From NCBI GenBank assembly GCA_010015805.1, contig ML978136.1, positions 434,001-498,000 on the forward strand: a stretch of 64,000 nucleotides of DNA, written 5' to 3'. Position 1 is the stretch's first letter, and the number at the start of each line of letters is the position of its first letter. This DNA comes from Rhizodiscina lignyota (lineage: Eukaryota). The notes below the pieces were generated by a model, which did no database searches, was not told the DNA's origin, and saw only the letters and a program-made list of their open reading frames with translations. A program made the position numbers and the translations under genes. Below, piece after piece: positions 53,794-64,000 of the stretch.

Positions 53794-55015
53794 AGCTAGG
53801 AAACGAAGAACACGCCCGAAGACACCGTACGACCCTTCCTACCGACCCGGTGCATTCTCAGATGCAACTCAGTCTAAGATTCCGCAGTTTCAAAAGTCGG
53901 TATGGCCATTGTCGAGTCCAGGAGCCTCGAACATGATCAAATAGCCAGCTTCCTTAATGCTGCCTTGTCCGTGCATTCTTTGATTCGATAACAGGTGTTT
54001 TTCTTTGACCAACTTTTGAAACCGGGTCGAGTCCTTTTGCTTGCGAATTGGTGAGACCCTTCCTTCCTTCGAGGCACTCACACGCCCATATTTTGATTGT
54101 GGCCGGCAAATCCACATGCCATGGATTTTGTTTTATCGGCAATTAAATTTTTTCACGCGTCACACCAAGGTCAAAGTAATAGACCCAGCTGACAAACATC
54201 ACGTACATTGAAATCCGGAGTAGTCAACTATTCTGGAAGTGATATATAATGCGACACTAATACTCTCGGCTTTATGATGTGAGGAATGAGCTTGAAGATC
54301 AAAAGAGCGTGTGATTGGGTAGCTCGAGAACCATGGTATTGCTCCAAGGGTCCAGACAACGCGCCACCCGAAAACCGTGGACTTCCGCCGAAACTGGCTA
54401 TGCTTATTGATGTCGTATATTCCTATGGGAAACAAAATAAGCACTGTAGGTGATAACTTTCTCCTTCGATATCGTGAGAGTACAGTTGATTTCTTTTATC
54501 ATAAAGTCTTCATAACCTTTCTTCGAGCGTACCCGCAATTTCGCTATTCAGGCCACTTTTGAGAAATACCCACGCAACTGTGTGGCTTGAAGAGGTGAGG
54601 ATGTAAACGGATGCGGATCTTTCGCGCCGAGTCATGGCGCTCGAAGGTTGAGGCTGAAGGCGTGAACGCCTCATGACAGGGGCCGCAATGTCTCCGGAAA
54701 CTCTCCAATTCGCCACCAACTACACATGTAGTCGTTGCTCCTGCTATTATTGATGGGACAGGACTTAGTTTTGCCTCTAAACACGCAGAGCGTCATCAGC
54801 ACCAGGCGTGAATGAAGCAGGAAGGAGCAAGCAGCTGGAAAAATGATGACGCCTCTGAAGAGTCGGTACAATGATTCCGTCAGACGCATCAAATATATAA
54901 GAGACTCACTCTTACCTTGTTGACTTCTTCAAATTTCTCACTCGTCTGCAATCTTTTCTCAATTTGTTGAAATTTTCTGGAGTTCGTTTTCGTTTACATC
55001 ACATACTGAATCAAC

Positions 55016-55904
55016 ATGGCGGAAGAACAATCCGAATATCTTCTGGGAGCCACCGATGACGAAGTGCGGCGCCTTACTATTCAACAGAGCATAATCAAAC
55101 ATGGCATGGGAGGCAAACTCATTCTCGCGCCGGTCGACTTGTCCCAATCGAATTTGGCAATCCTGGATTCAGCATGTGCTGATGGTAAGCCTGGCTGTGT
55201 ACGGCTTGAATCCAGGACAGAATCCCTAACGATATTTAGGGTTGTGGCTTCGTGATGTCTCCAGCCAACTCAAAACCCCGTATAAACTCGTTGGCGCCGA
55301 TCTTATGCCGCAATTTTTCCCCAAATCCACTCCGCCGGAGCTCAAACTCATCCAGCATGACTTTACCAACCCTTGGCCCGCCGAGTTGCACAACAGCTTC
55401 GACCTCGTACATCAGCGTCTGGCTCTTGCAGGTGCTCGATCTGCCTCCGTCGAAGACTCCGTCAAGATGCTGCCGACGCTGCTGAAGCCCGGCGGCTGGG
55501 TCCAGCTTGGAGAGTTGGATCTTACTGAGGACCCTGTCGACGGCGACGCCGCTAAAGCCCTGTATCGTACGATGAGAACTCTTTTTGAGAAGGGCGAAAG
55601 TGGTAATGCACACTCCTGCCCTGGTACCATGGCTGGCTGGTTGAAGGAAGCAGGGTTAATCGATGTGAGAGAGGAGATTGTGAGGATCCCTGTGGGAAAG
55701 CGGGTGAAAGATGGAGAAATGGCAAAAATTAGCGCAGCGCACATGATTCATGTAGCTACTATGATACCAGAAGTGACTAAGAAGATAGGTGGAGAGGTGC
55801 CTGTCGAGGATGTGGACCTGCTTTCCCAGACCTATCCAGAGGAGCTGGAGAAGATTGGTAGTGAATTCAGATTCATTATCGCTATGGGGCAGAAACCAAA
55901 CTAA
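55016..55904 (+). CDS. Class I SAM-dependent methyltransferase (secondary-metabolism GliN/SirN-like type)
   Basis: YLL...EVRRLTIQ, ILDSACADG, LVGADL, FDLVHQRL and LKPGGWVQLGE; intron 55185-55239; TATATAA at ~54894-54900. Confidence 0.85.
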
Positions 55905-56466
55905 GGGCTTGACTCCTTAGCATGATCAGAACATAGAAGGAAACAGATAAGGAGCCGGAGGACAACTAGATTCGCAAAAATTGAGTGCATCAGAAATGGG
56001 ACCAAGCAGCGAGAAACGTCGCGTTTATCGGTAGTAAATAATAGTAACTTCTACCATACTCCATCCATCATGAAGTCCCGTTGACTAGTCATACTCTTTC
56101 GCTGGTTCCTCACTAAGGGTCTTCACCAAATCTATACCAGAATAGATAATTGGCCGCGGAGATCTCTCACTGCCAAGCCAAATTTATGATTGCAGATCAA
56201 GAATCGTTCGTGAGTCTGATCATGTCAACGCCTTAAATGTTGCCAATTCGGGACAAGCTCCATATCAAATGCGCCTTGCGCATTACCCGATGAAAGATAA
56301 TGTGCTCTCATTGCAGTACTGATCACGCAAAGTTACTAATCTTTTGCATACCCTTTTCACTTATACAGCGTTCGTAGAAATCCAGCTTCCCTCATCGAAT
56401 CCTGACCGCGGTTGAATATTTTGTCGCCTTTCGACACTTCGGCAATCTATGCAATGCTTCCTTAAG

Positions 56467-57180
56467 ATGCCTCGCTTTAAAGGAGAACATAGCCATTCAT
56501 ACTCGCAAGAAAAGGCTCTCAACAAGATCACATTAGACACGCTTCCTTATGATATCTTAGATCTCCTAGCTCTTGTACGCTGCACTGGCTGTCTGCAAAT
56601 CTCCAAGTAGCTTGCTAACGGTACGCAGCACATGAACAAGAGTAATCTCCTGAATCTGCGCTATGTTTCTCGTCGTTTCAACGCCATTTTTATCTGGCAT
56701 ATATTCAGAGAGCTCATTCGAGAAATCCGAGACGAAAACAAGACTCATCTGCATAACGCAATCGCGAAATGCCACCACGGCACCATTGAAAACCTGTTGG
56801 GAGCCGGCGCGCCGGTCAATTCCACGAACAGAGCGCAGAATGATGAGCTTCCTCTGCACGTCGCAGCGCGCAATAACTGCATATTTGCAATACGAGAGCT
56901 CTTGAGATATGGAGCCACTATCGATGCGCAAAATCGCCATGGGTGGACACCTCTCCAACTCGCTGCGCGGTACGGGCATATCCAGACATTGAGGGAGCTG
57001 GTTGCTGCAGACGCAAATGTAAACCAACGAGGATTCCATGGCTGGACTGCTTTGCATTATTCGATCCGTTCGGGGCATGCTGATGTTACGAAGGCACTGC
57101 TGGAGGCCGGCGCAAATCAAGAAATTAGAGACAATGACGGAAGAACGGCAACTGACGGCATGAAAGGTTTCAAGTTATAG
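56467..57180 (+). CDS. F-box + ankyrin-repeat protein (alternative in-frame ATG at 56449)
   Basis: Intron 56575-56628 (GTACGC..GCTAAC..CAG) gives TLDTLPYDILDLLALHMNKSNLLNLRYVSRRFNAI (F-box), followed by four ankyrin repeats (THLHNA, LPLHVAA, GWTPLQLAA, GWTALHYS). Confidence 0.85.
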
Positions 57181-57892
57181 ATGGGCGAGGAATGAAGATC
57201 CAAGATTCCACCTTTTTGCTATGCGCCTCGCATCACTGTGCTTTGCCCCAGCTCAAATGATGCTCCGGCTCGCTGCACGGAGGCTGAAGGTAGACTCGAT
57301 TGTCCGAAGATGAAGAACGAACGAATGAAATTAAGTAACTGAAGTAGCGGCTTTGGCTTCATTACTACAGCCGATGGCATTCGCCAAAATATTCTTGTCT
57401 CATGTCCGCACACGACCCAAGAGAATTCTAGGTATTCCGGTAGAGTAGGGTACCAGCAGGACGACCTCTGTTGGAATCCCGCAATGATAAAGGGATCGAA
57501 TCGTTTTCGATTCATAGCTCCTAAGAATTCATTCATCTTGATCTGATCATTGATTGTTGCCAGGCTCCAGTTACGGAAGTGAGGGAGGCCGAGGAAGAAA
57601 ATATTTATGTATAACTAGCCGGGGCTAGAACCTGGAAGCGTGGCTTCGGCAACAAGATACCCTGGCCTCTTGGGATTAAACAACCAATCATAATGGTGCT
57701 TGCAAATCCATCCGTTACGCCCTTATATCTTCCCCTTTGGGAAAGTGACAAGTTGCAAGCAGAAGAACTCCGCTGTACGGAGTACCTCCATTCCACCTTG
57801 ACCCCAAACTTCTCAAACTCCTCGATTCCACGACATTGTCTTTCTTTCACTTGTGGCATGCTCGCTTATTATTGACACATACATCGGGCTAA

Positions 57893-60070
57893 ATGGAAGA
57901 TTTTGAGGCGCAATGGCGTTCGCAACAGAGGCTCTCATCCTCCTTTCGTCCTGCGACAGACCTGCACAATTTCGAAGAAGTCTCATTCTCAAAAGCGTTT
58001 GATGATGTCGCACTAGATGACATTTTTAACTTGGAGCAAATGTACGAGTCCGATATATTTTCGAATTGCCAGAAAACAGACCTACCCATCCCAGCCGACG
58101 AGATTACCCTGCCACTTTCAAGGGCTTGTTCTTCCGACTTTATTAGTCTTGATGAGGCTACTTATCGATCTCACGACCATGTCACTCTTCTGAGTGAGTC
58201 TACTACTGCTACCACGGCTAGCGAGCAATTGTTGTCGACGCAGTCACCCCTGCGAGGGTCGAGCTTGTCATGGGAAGACGAATCTCTCTCTGTTCTGTCA
58301 CAAGGCAAACCAACATCACGACTTCCTGTCGCAGCTAGAAAGATTCTGCAGGAGTGGTACGATACCCATTGCGAAAATCCATATCCAACTGAAACGGAGA
58401 AAGAGGAGTTGAGGACTCAGACTGAACTCAGCGCTAGTCAAGTCTCGGATTGGTTTGCCAATACTCGTCGCCGCCATAAGAGCAAAGCAAAGGGGCATGG
58501 AAAGACTGCTCCTGCCTCTGCTGGGGTTCAACTGGCATTCCAGTCCGCAATTGACGCATTCAATAGGAGCAATATGACTCCCCTAGATCGATGGCGCAAC
58601 TCACCTCCAGATACGGAGGCTGCCCCACTTACTGCCATTGCTAGGGCGGTGGAACATGAGAACAATCAAGCTTCTGGAAAACAAGGTGGCCGTGTACGAT
58701 CGAAGAAGTGCAGATCGCCGACCCCGGCTCCATCTGTCATATCATTATCCGTGACGCAAAAGTCGAGCTCCGGCAGCTCAGCAACATCAGGACATAGCGC
58801 AACTTCTTTCAGTCGTTTCCACTCAGGGGTACATAGGCGCCGTCGACGAAATGTGAAACCCAAAACGACCGCACAAACATCGCTGGATGACGATACTACT
58901 CGTGTCTATCAGTGCACGTTTTGCACCGAAAGGTTCAAGCACAAGTACGACTGGACGAGACACGAGAAGTCACTCCACCTCTCGTTAGAGCAATGGACAT
59001 GCACGCCGTTCGGACCGACCTTTGTCGACCCTGATACTGAGCGGCCGGAATGTTCGCTGTGTGGGATCTCTGACCCATCGCCCGACCACGCTGAGATTCA
59101 TCGATACTCCGAGTGCCGGGAGAAGCCCCAGGTAACGCGAACGTTCTATCGAAAAGACAATCTCCTTCAGCATCTCCGAATCGTGCACGGAATCGAGAGA
59201 GTCCTCCCCTCGATGGACATATGGCATTCGGAGATTAAGCGTGTGAATTCACGATGTGGCTTCTGTAGTGAGCGATTCGTGCTTTGGGCAGACCGCAACG
59301 CCCATCTCGCGGAACACTTCAGGCGTGGAGCTCATATGAAAGATTGGAAAGGATGTCGTGGCCTGGATCCTGCAGTCGCGGCGTTAGTAGAGAACGCCAT
59401 GCCGCCGTATCTTATTGGCGTCGAGGCACAAGGAGTGATGCCGTTCAAGGCGTCGCATGCATCTGATAGCAATGGGATGGGTAAGCACTGTCAGTCAGCA
59501 ACCTTCCATGACATGAGCTTCAGTAGTCCGCCAGCGCAAGCAACACCTTTCGAGCTCCTGACATTCCACCTCGGGGAGTTTGCAGCGAGTGCACAGCATG
59601 CTGGTATTGCCTTGACAGACGAGCTTCTCCAACAAGAGGCCCGACGCATCGTGTATGGGGAGGACGATCCGTGGAACCAGACTGCTGCAGATAACGCCGA
59701 GTGGTTGTGCATGTTCAAGATAGGCCATGGAATATCTACTGATTCTGATATCAGTTCGAGCATATCGCTTGACCAGCTGAGACATATCGAGTCGCACGAG
59801 GCCGAAATCCACCTGTCATGGCTCGACCATGGCTTGCCGTTTATAACGACCGACTCTCAATTGACTAGTAGAGCTACCAATGTTGCGGAGGTGGTAGGCC
59901 ACGATGGAGGCGACGCTGGAACTAGTCATTGCATAGCTTTGAGCACAATCTCGACAATGAATGTCCCATGGGCATTGCAGAGTCCGGAGTGTTTAGCGGA
60001 ACGAAGAGCTCGCTCTCAAATGGGGCTCTCGTGCGCTTTTGATACCTCAACGAGCTGTGGTCGCTTATAG
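57893..60070 (+). CDS. TALE-class homeobox + C2H2 zinc-finger transcription factor
   Basis: ILQEWYDTHCENPYPTETEK...QVSDWFANTRRR (TALE PYP loop); YQCTFC..F..KYDWTRHEKSLH, FYRKDNLLQHLRIVH and CGFC..F..W..RNAHLAEHF; intronless, 725 aa. Confidence 0.92.
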   Translation: MEDFEAQWRSQQRLSSSFRPATDLHNFEEVSFSKAFDDVALDDIFNLEQMYESDIFSNCQKTDLPIPADEITLPLSRACSSDFISLDEATYRSHDHVTLLSESTTATTASEQLLSTQSPLRGSSLSWEDESLSVLSQGKPTSRLPVAARKILQEWYDTHCENPYPTETEKEELRTQTELSASQVSDWFANTRRRHKSKAKGHGKTAPASAGVQLAFQSAIDAFNRSNMTPLDRWRNSPPDTEAAPLTAIARAVEHENNQASGKQGGRVRSKKCRSPTPAPSVISLSVTQKSSSGSSATSGHSATSFSRFHSGVHRRRRRNVKPKTTAQTSLDDDTTRVYQCTFCTERFKHKYDWTRHEKSLHLSLEQWTCTPFGPTFVDPDTERPECSLCGISDPSPDHAEIHRYSECREKPQVTRTFYRKDNLLQHLRIVHGIERVLPSMDIWHSEIKRVNSRCGFCSERFVLWADRNAHLAEHFRRGAHMKDWKGCRGLDPAVAALVENAMPPYLIGVEAQGVMPFKASHASDSNGMGKHCQSATFHDMSFSSPPAQATPFELLTFHLGEFAASAQHAGIALTDELLQQEARRIVYGEDDPWNQTAADNAEWLCMFKIGHGISTDSDISSSISLDQLRHIESHEAEIHLSWLDHGLPFITTDSQLTSRATNVAEVVGHDGGDAGTSHCIALSTISTMNVPWALQSPECLAERRARSQMGLSCAFDTSTSCGRL

Positions 60071-60882
60071 TAATTGCGTTATGGATCATGATATAACAAT
60101 CATCGCCTGGGAGAACTTTCTGTGGTGTTCGAAGATGGATTTAGAGTTTGTCCACACAGCTCGATAGGGCAATATATTTCAGTGGGGGGATTAGCACCAA
60201 AGTCTCATAGATTACAGGAAATTAGTATAATACGCATGCGTGGATCAGTCTAAGTCGCGCAAGTATAGGTTTATTCTTCTTTGCTTTCTGCTAAACCTGG
60301 TCTCTGGGTGCGAGGATTCTCGCGGCACGACAATTCAATGGTGTTGTTATTGCGATCTGGGGTGATGATGATGATCACAACTTGCGTGTGTAAATGCTCA
60401 TAATTGTTGAAATTGCGCATACTAGGCTGAATTACGTCGGAAGGCGAGAGAATCCACATGTCCACAGAGGACCGACCGCAAAAAATAGAGCTGGAGGATG
60501 AGTCGCAGACAAAACCAATGGGCCTATAAAAGCAATCGTCTACACCACTTCAAAAGGAAACTGGTTCAGGCTATGCTTCTTTCCATCCTCGCGGAGCTCG
60601 TGTATTTGTCACCAGTGGAAGCTTTGAGTGTAGAATATGATGCAGGGAGACTTTCAAGGCGAGTCCATTGCCAGAAAGTCAGGCCTGATTCGTAGACTCG
60701 AACAGGTAGGTATGCACATTCAAAAGCTCTGCGCAGATTTCTGCATACATACTATTCTTCCGATGCGGCGTCCGTGGGACTTTGATGCCCAATCCCATCC
60801 GCGCCATGATTGCACTACCCAAACCATAATATAAACATCAGTCAGATTCATCATCTGAATCATTACACAACTCCACCGGTCA

Positions 60883-63085
60883 TTAGCATTTACAGCTACC
60901 CTCCTTGTCCCCAAAAGCAAGTCTCGAAATCTGATCCACAATCCCACCGCTGGCAACATTGACATTCTTTCCCTTGCTAGGCACGCTCGAGTAGCTCGGC
61001 GGGACGTCCAGGCAAGGGTTACGGCTGAAGAAATTTCGCGGCCGCAGCAGCAGTGTCATTGGCTCAGCAGGCATTACGGGGAAGTCCTCAGGCGCCGGGA
61101 AATGGGTGATGCCGAAAGTGTGCCACAGCACAATGTCGGTGTTGTCGATGTTCGCGCCGGGGTTTGCGGCGATCCAGGCGGGTAGGCCTTGAGAAGGCTC
61201 GCCTGACGATTGCGGGACGTGTCGGCCAGCGGGATGGATTTGGGTGTCGTCATCTATTCGACATGTCAGACGATAGCAAGGACCGAACGGGGAGGGTAAG
61301 ACTCACATTGAGTAACATGCACGGCATGTCTAGCAAATCCAGCTCTCTTCCACACAAGGCCACCCTCACGCGGCAACAGCGTCGGAATCTCCCTGCTCAC
61401 TAGCTTGTAGCTGACAGGCTTGTGGCTGTATGGATTGAGCTTGTTAGTATTGGACATCTCCCATGTTCTACTGGAGCTGCCGTCGTAATCACACATCGAC
61501 TCCCCTTGGGTCGCCAACTTCCGCTTTGCAGCACGGAATGCATTTCCGTACTTGTTCTCTGCGCTGCCGACTTCGCCGGGCCCACGTACGGCATCGACTT
61601 CGAAGATCGTGTTCTGCGGACCATCGATGTTAGGATCAAGACGCAGGCAGAACAGGTGCTGGTGATTATGCGCGTTGACGCCAGGATAGACCTCTGTGCC
61701 CCAGCCGTGGGTGTCTTCACCGGGGTTCATGGCGTAGGTGTTGAGGATGCCAGTGAGTTTAATCTCGAGCTGAATTGTACCGTCCTGGTGAAAGATCCAG
61801 TACACACAGTATTCGTAATTTGCAGCGGTGAATATATGTGAGATGACAAGCTTGCGAGCGCGTGTCACTGTCGTGGTGTCGTCGCGGAAATCGCTGTGCT
61901 TGAAAAGGATTCCGGCATCCTCTTCGTGAATGCAGATTGCATTCTTGATGGTCTGGGATTCACCAGCGCGGTTGACGAATGCAGCATCCATGTAGTGGAT
62001 CGCACCCTTGCAATCGCAGCCCAAGCTGAGGCTGTTGGTCATATATCCACCACCATATTCGCCGAGGTCGAAAGCGTGCTTTCGCTGATGAGGATGCTCG
62101 GGGTTACCATACGGAACGACCATCTCCGCGAGGGATATCCTCCAGAAAACGGGTCTTTCTGTGCCCTTGTCGTTGAACGTGATGTTGGATAATACGATGC
62201 CCTCACGGTAATTGAAGCCCACATGGACCTTCCAGTTCTGCCAGCTGATCACTCGGCCATCAAGAGTAAAGCTAACTCCCTCCGGCTGCGTGATATTGAT
62301 GGGTTTCAGGTCTTTCCGAAAGCCGCCCTCCTTCTGAATGGAAATGGCGTCGTAGTTATTCGGCGGAGCTTTGCTGAGTGGACGCCTGACTTCTGGCACA
62401 TCGATATGGATAATCTCATGAGTGTCGGCATTGAAAATTGGGCAGAAGTCGAGTGGATACGCGTATTGGCAGTCATCCATATCAGGACGATAGTACATGA
62501 GGGCTTGTTGGAGGCGAATGCTGCTGCCAAATCGCTCGTCGTAACCGATTGTCCAAGCTGCCGTCTCATGTCAGTTTCCCGGCAAGGTTTGAAGAGCTTC
62601 CGGGAGTAACACTTACGGTCACAGTAAACTTTGTGCATATCTTCCGGCGGAATGCCAATCAATCCACACTGCTCGATGACCTTAGGATCCTTCCTTGCTA
62701 TACCCTCCACAAGCTGCAGGTCCTGCATCGAAATGAGAGGCTGCACGCCCGGCGTCTCTTGCCAAGTGATCACTTTCTCCTCCGCGAGATCAACTACTCC
62801 ATCGTACACCTTGCTGCCTCTTCCAATCGCAACAATGTCGGCGCGTCGACTTGGTCGTGTATGGCGCGTCGGATTCTGCACCCAAGCCATCATCTCCGCC
62901 TTGGGCGGCTCCCACAGCGTGACAGCGTTGAAAGAGAGGCCATTCCGGACCAAATCAGTCTTTTCCTTTCTCACAATCGCAACAGCCTTCTCAATCTCCT
63001 GCTCGCTGAGAGGGTCGAATGGATATGGAGTGGGTGTTGTGCCAGTAATTTGAGAGGCGAAGGATTTCAAGCGTTCGACGGCCAT
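60883..63085 (-). CDS. Copper/topaquinone amine oxidase, probably peroxisomal
   Basis: PFDPLS, YCDPWTIGYDERF, HAFDLGEYG (catalytic Asp), TAANYEY (TPQ precursor Tyr), NAHNHQH and THFPAPEDFPVMP (Cu ligands). Introns 62558-62616 and 61254-61306. Confidence 0.95.
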
Positions 63086-64000
63086 TGCGGCGATCGGATG
63101 AGGGTAGAATGGTCTCCTGTGTGGGTATTGTCCTGTCTCTAGCTACGATGCGCTCGCGCGTAAGCTGTCAGTGTCGTCTAAACTCTGCGTGCTTCCAGTA
63201 AATCACAGCAGTCAATTGACAGAGATATCAGGAGGGACGACGTTAGGAAGTTAAAGAAGATCAATTGCCCTATATACTCAACAAGCTCTACAGCGGAGGG
63301 GTCGTCGGAGGGGCGAACAGCTTTATCGCTGCACATTATCGCTCGGATTCACATTCCCAATCCGGCAAATCCATGTGTGCGACAGGCGGAGTCGCGCTTC
63401 TGCGCGCCCGACACGGAAGTCTGGAACATCGAGTGGATTTCATGACTGTATTTGCTATAATGGGGAGCGAGAGACAAACTTTGACGGCTCGGAGGGTGGA
63501 GGGAAGTAGAAAGGTTCATCGAAACAAGGAAGTAGCGAAAAGGGGTACGAGACACTTCCGAAGTAAGCCCGGTGTGTGATTGGAATGAGCGACTTCTCAT
63601 CGACTTCTACCCAATGCACGCTGTCATGAGGCTTCCCTTGTCTTCAACACAATCCTTCAGACGTTGATTGCGAGAGAAATCTCATACAATTCTTTTGATG
63701 GCTATCCTTCTTCGAATTAAGCAGGTGGAACTGCCCAAATATTCAAAATTTTAATGTAACTAAACGACAGACTTAACAGGGCAAGATCCGTCACCTCAGC
63801 TGGATTTTAATGTTATCTTCAATCTCAAACATTCTCATCCGTCACACCTGGAAATCCTGGCGGCATCTTCTGGAATGCCGCACATTCACCCCCGACGCCA
63901 GCATACCACGTTGCCCTCTTGCTCACCCAAACCTCCGCCCCTGGTGCAAAAGCATCCAGTCCACCTTCATCTAGCACTCCCGTCTTAATCGTGACATATC

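Noticed and set aside
57169..57180. C-terminal FKL (and GRL on the homeobox protein) as PTS1
   Set aside because: Non-canonical tripeptides and biologically implausible for an SCF adaptor or a transcription factor.

Overview
Eukaryotic DNA from a filamentous ascomycete (Pezizomycotina): intron-containing genes with GT..CTRAC..YAG signals, no prokaryotic operons, CRISPR arrays or recognisable transposons. I can support about 24 protein-coding genes and one intron-containing tRNA-Lys(CTT). A conserved housekeeping block at ~14.5-42 kb holds alpha-actinin, Cla4 PAK kinase, Sec12, a NIPA-type Mg transporter, an SGNH hydrolase, cyclin H/Ccl1, Sec8, Ctr9 and Arb1/ABCF2. Accessory-looking regions flank it. 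The 1-14 kb region has a degenerate NACHT gene, an FAD oxidase, an MFS transporter, a CorA-like gene, two F-box-like genes and an orphan. The 42-47 kb region has a sensor-less NACHT gene divergent from an intronless acyltransferase-3 gene. SIS1 and the tRNA follow, then at 52-63 kb an MFS permease, a methyltransferase, an F-box/ankyrin gene, a TALE-homeobox/C2H2 transcription factor and a copper amine oxidase. The most unusual signals are: a stacked uORF / AUG-UGA leader in front of cla4, a GC-AG intron plus a frame-breaking intron in the NACHT gene, an F-box hidden by splicing next to the transcription factor, and two unannotated stop-interrupted gene relics. Exon boundaries were read by eye and family calls come from remembered motifs; no database searches were run.
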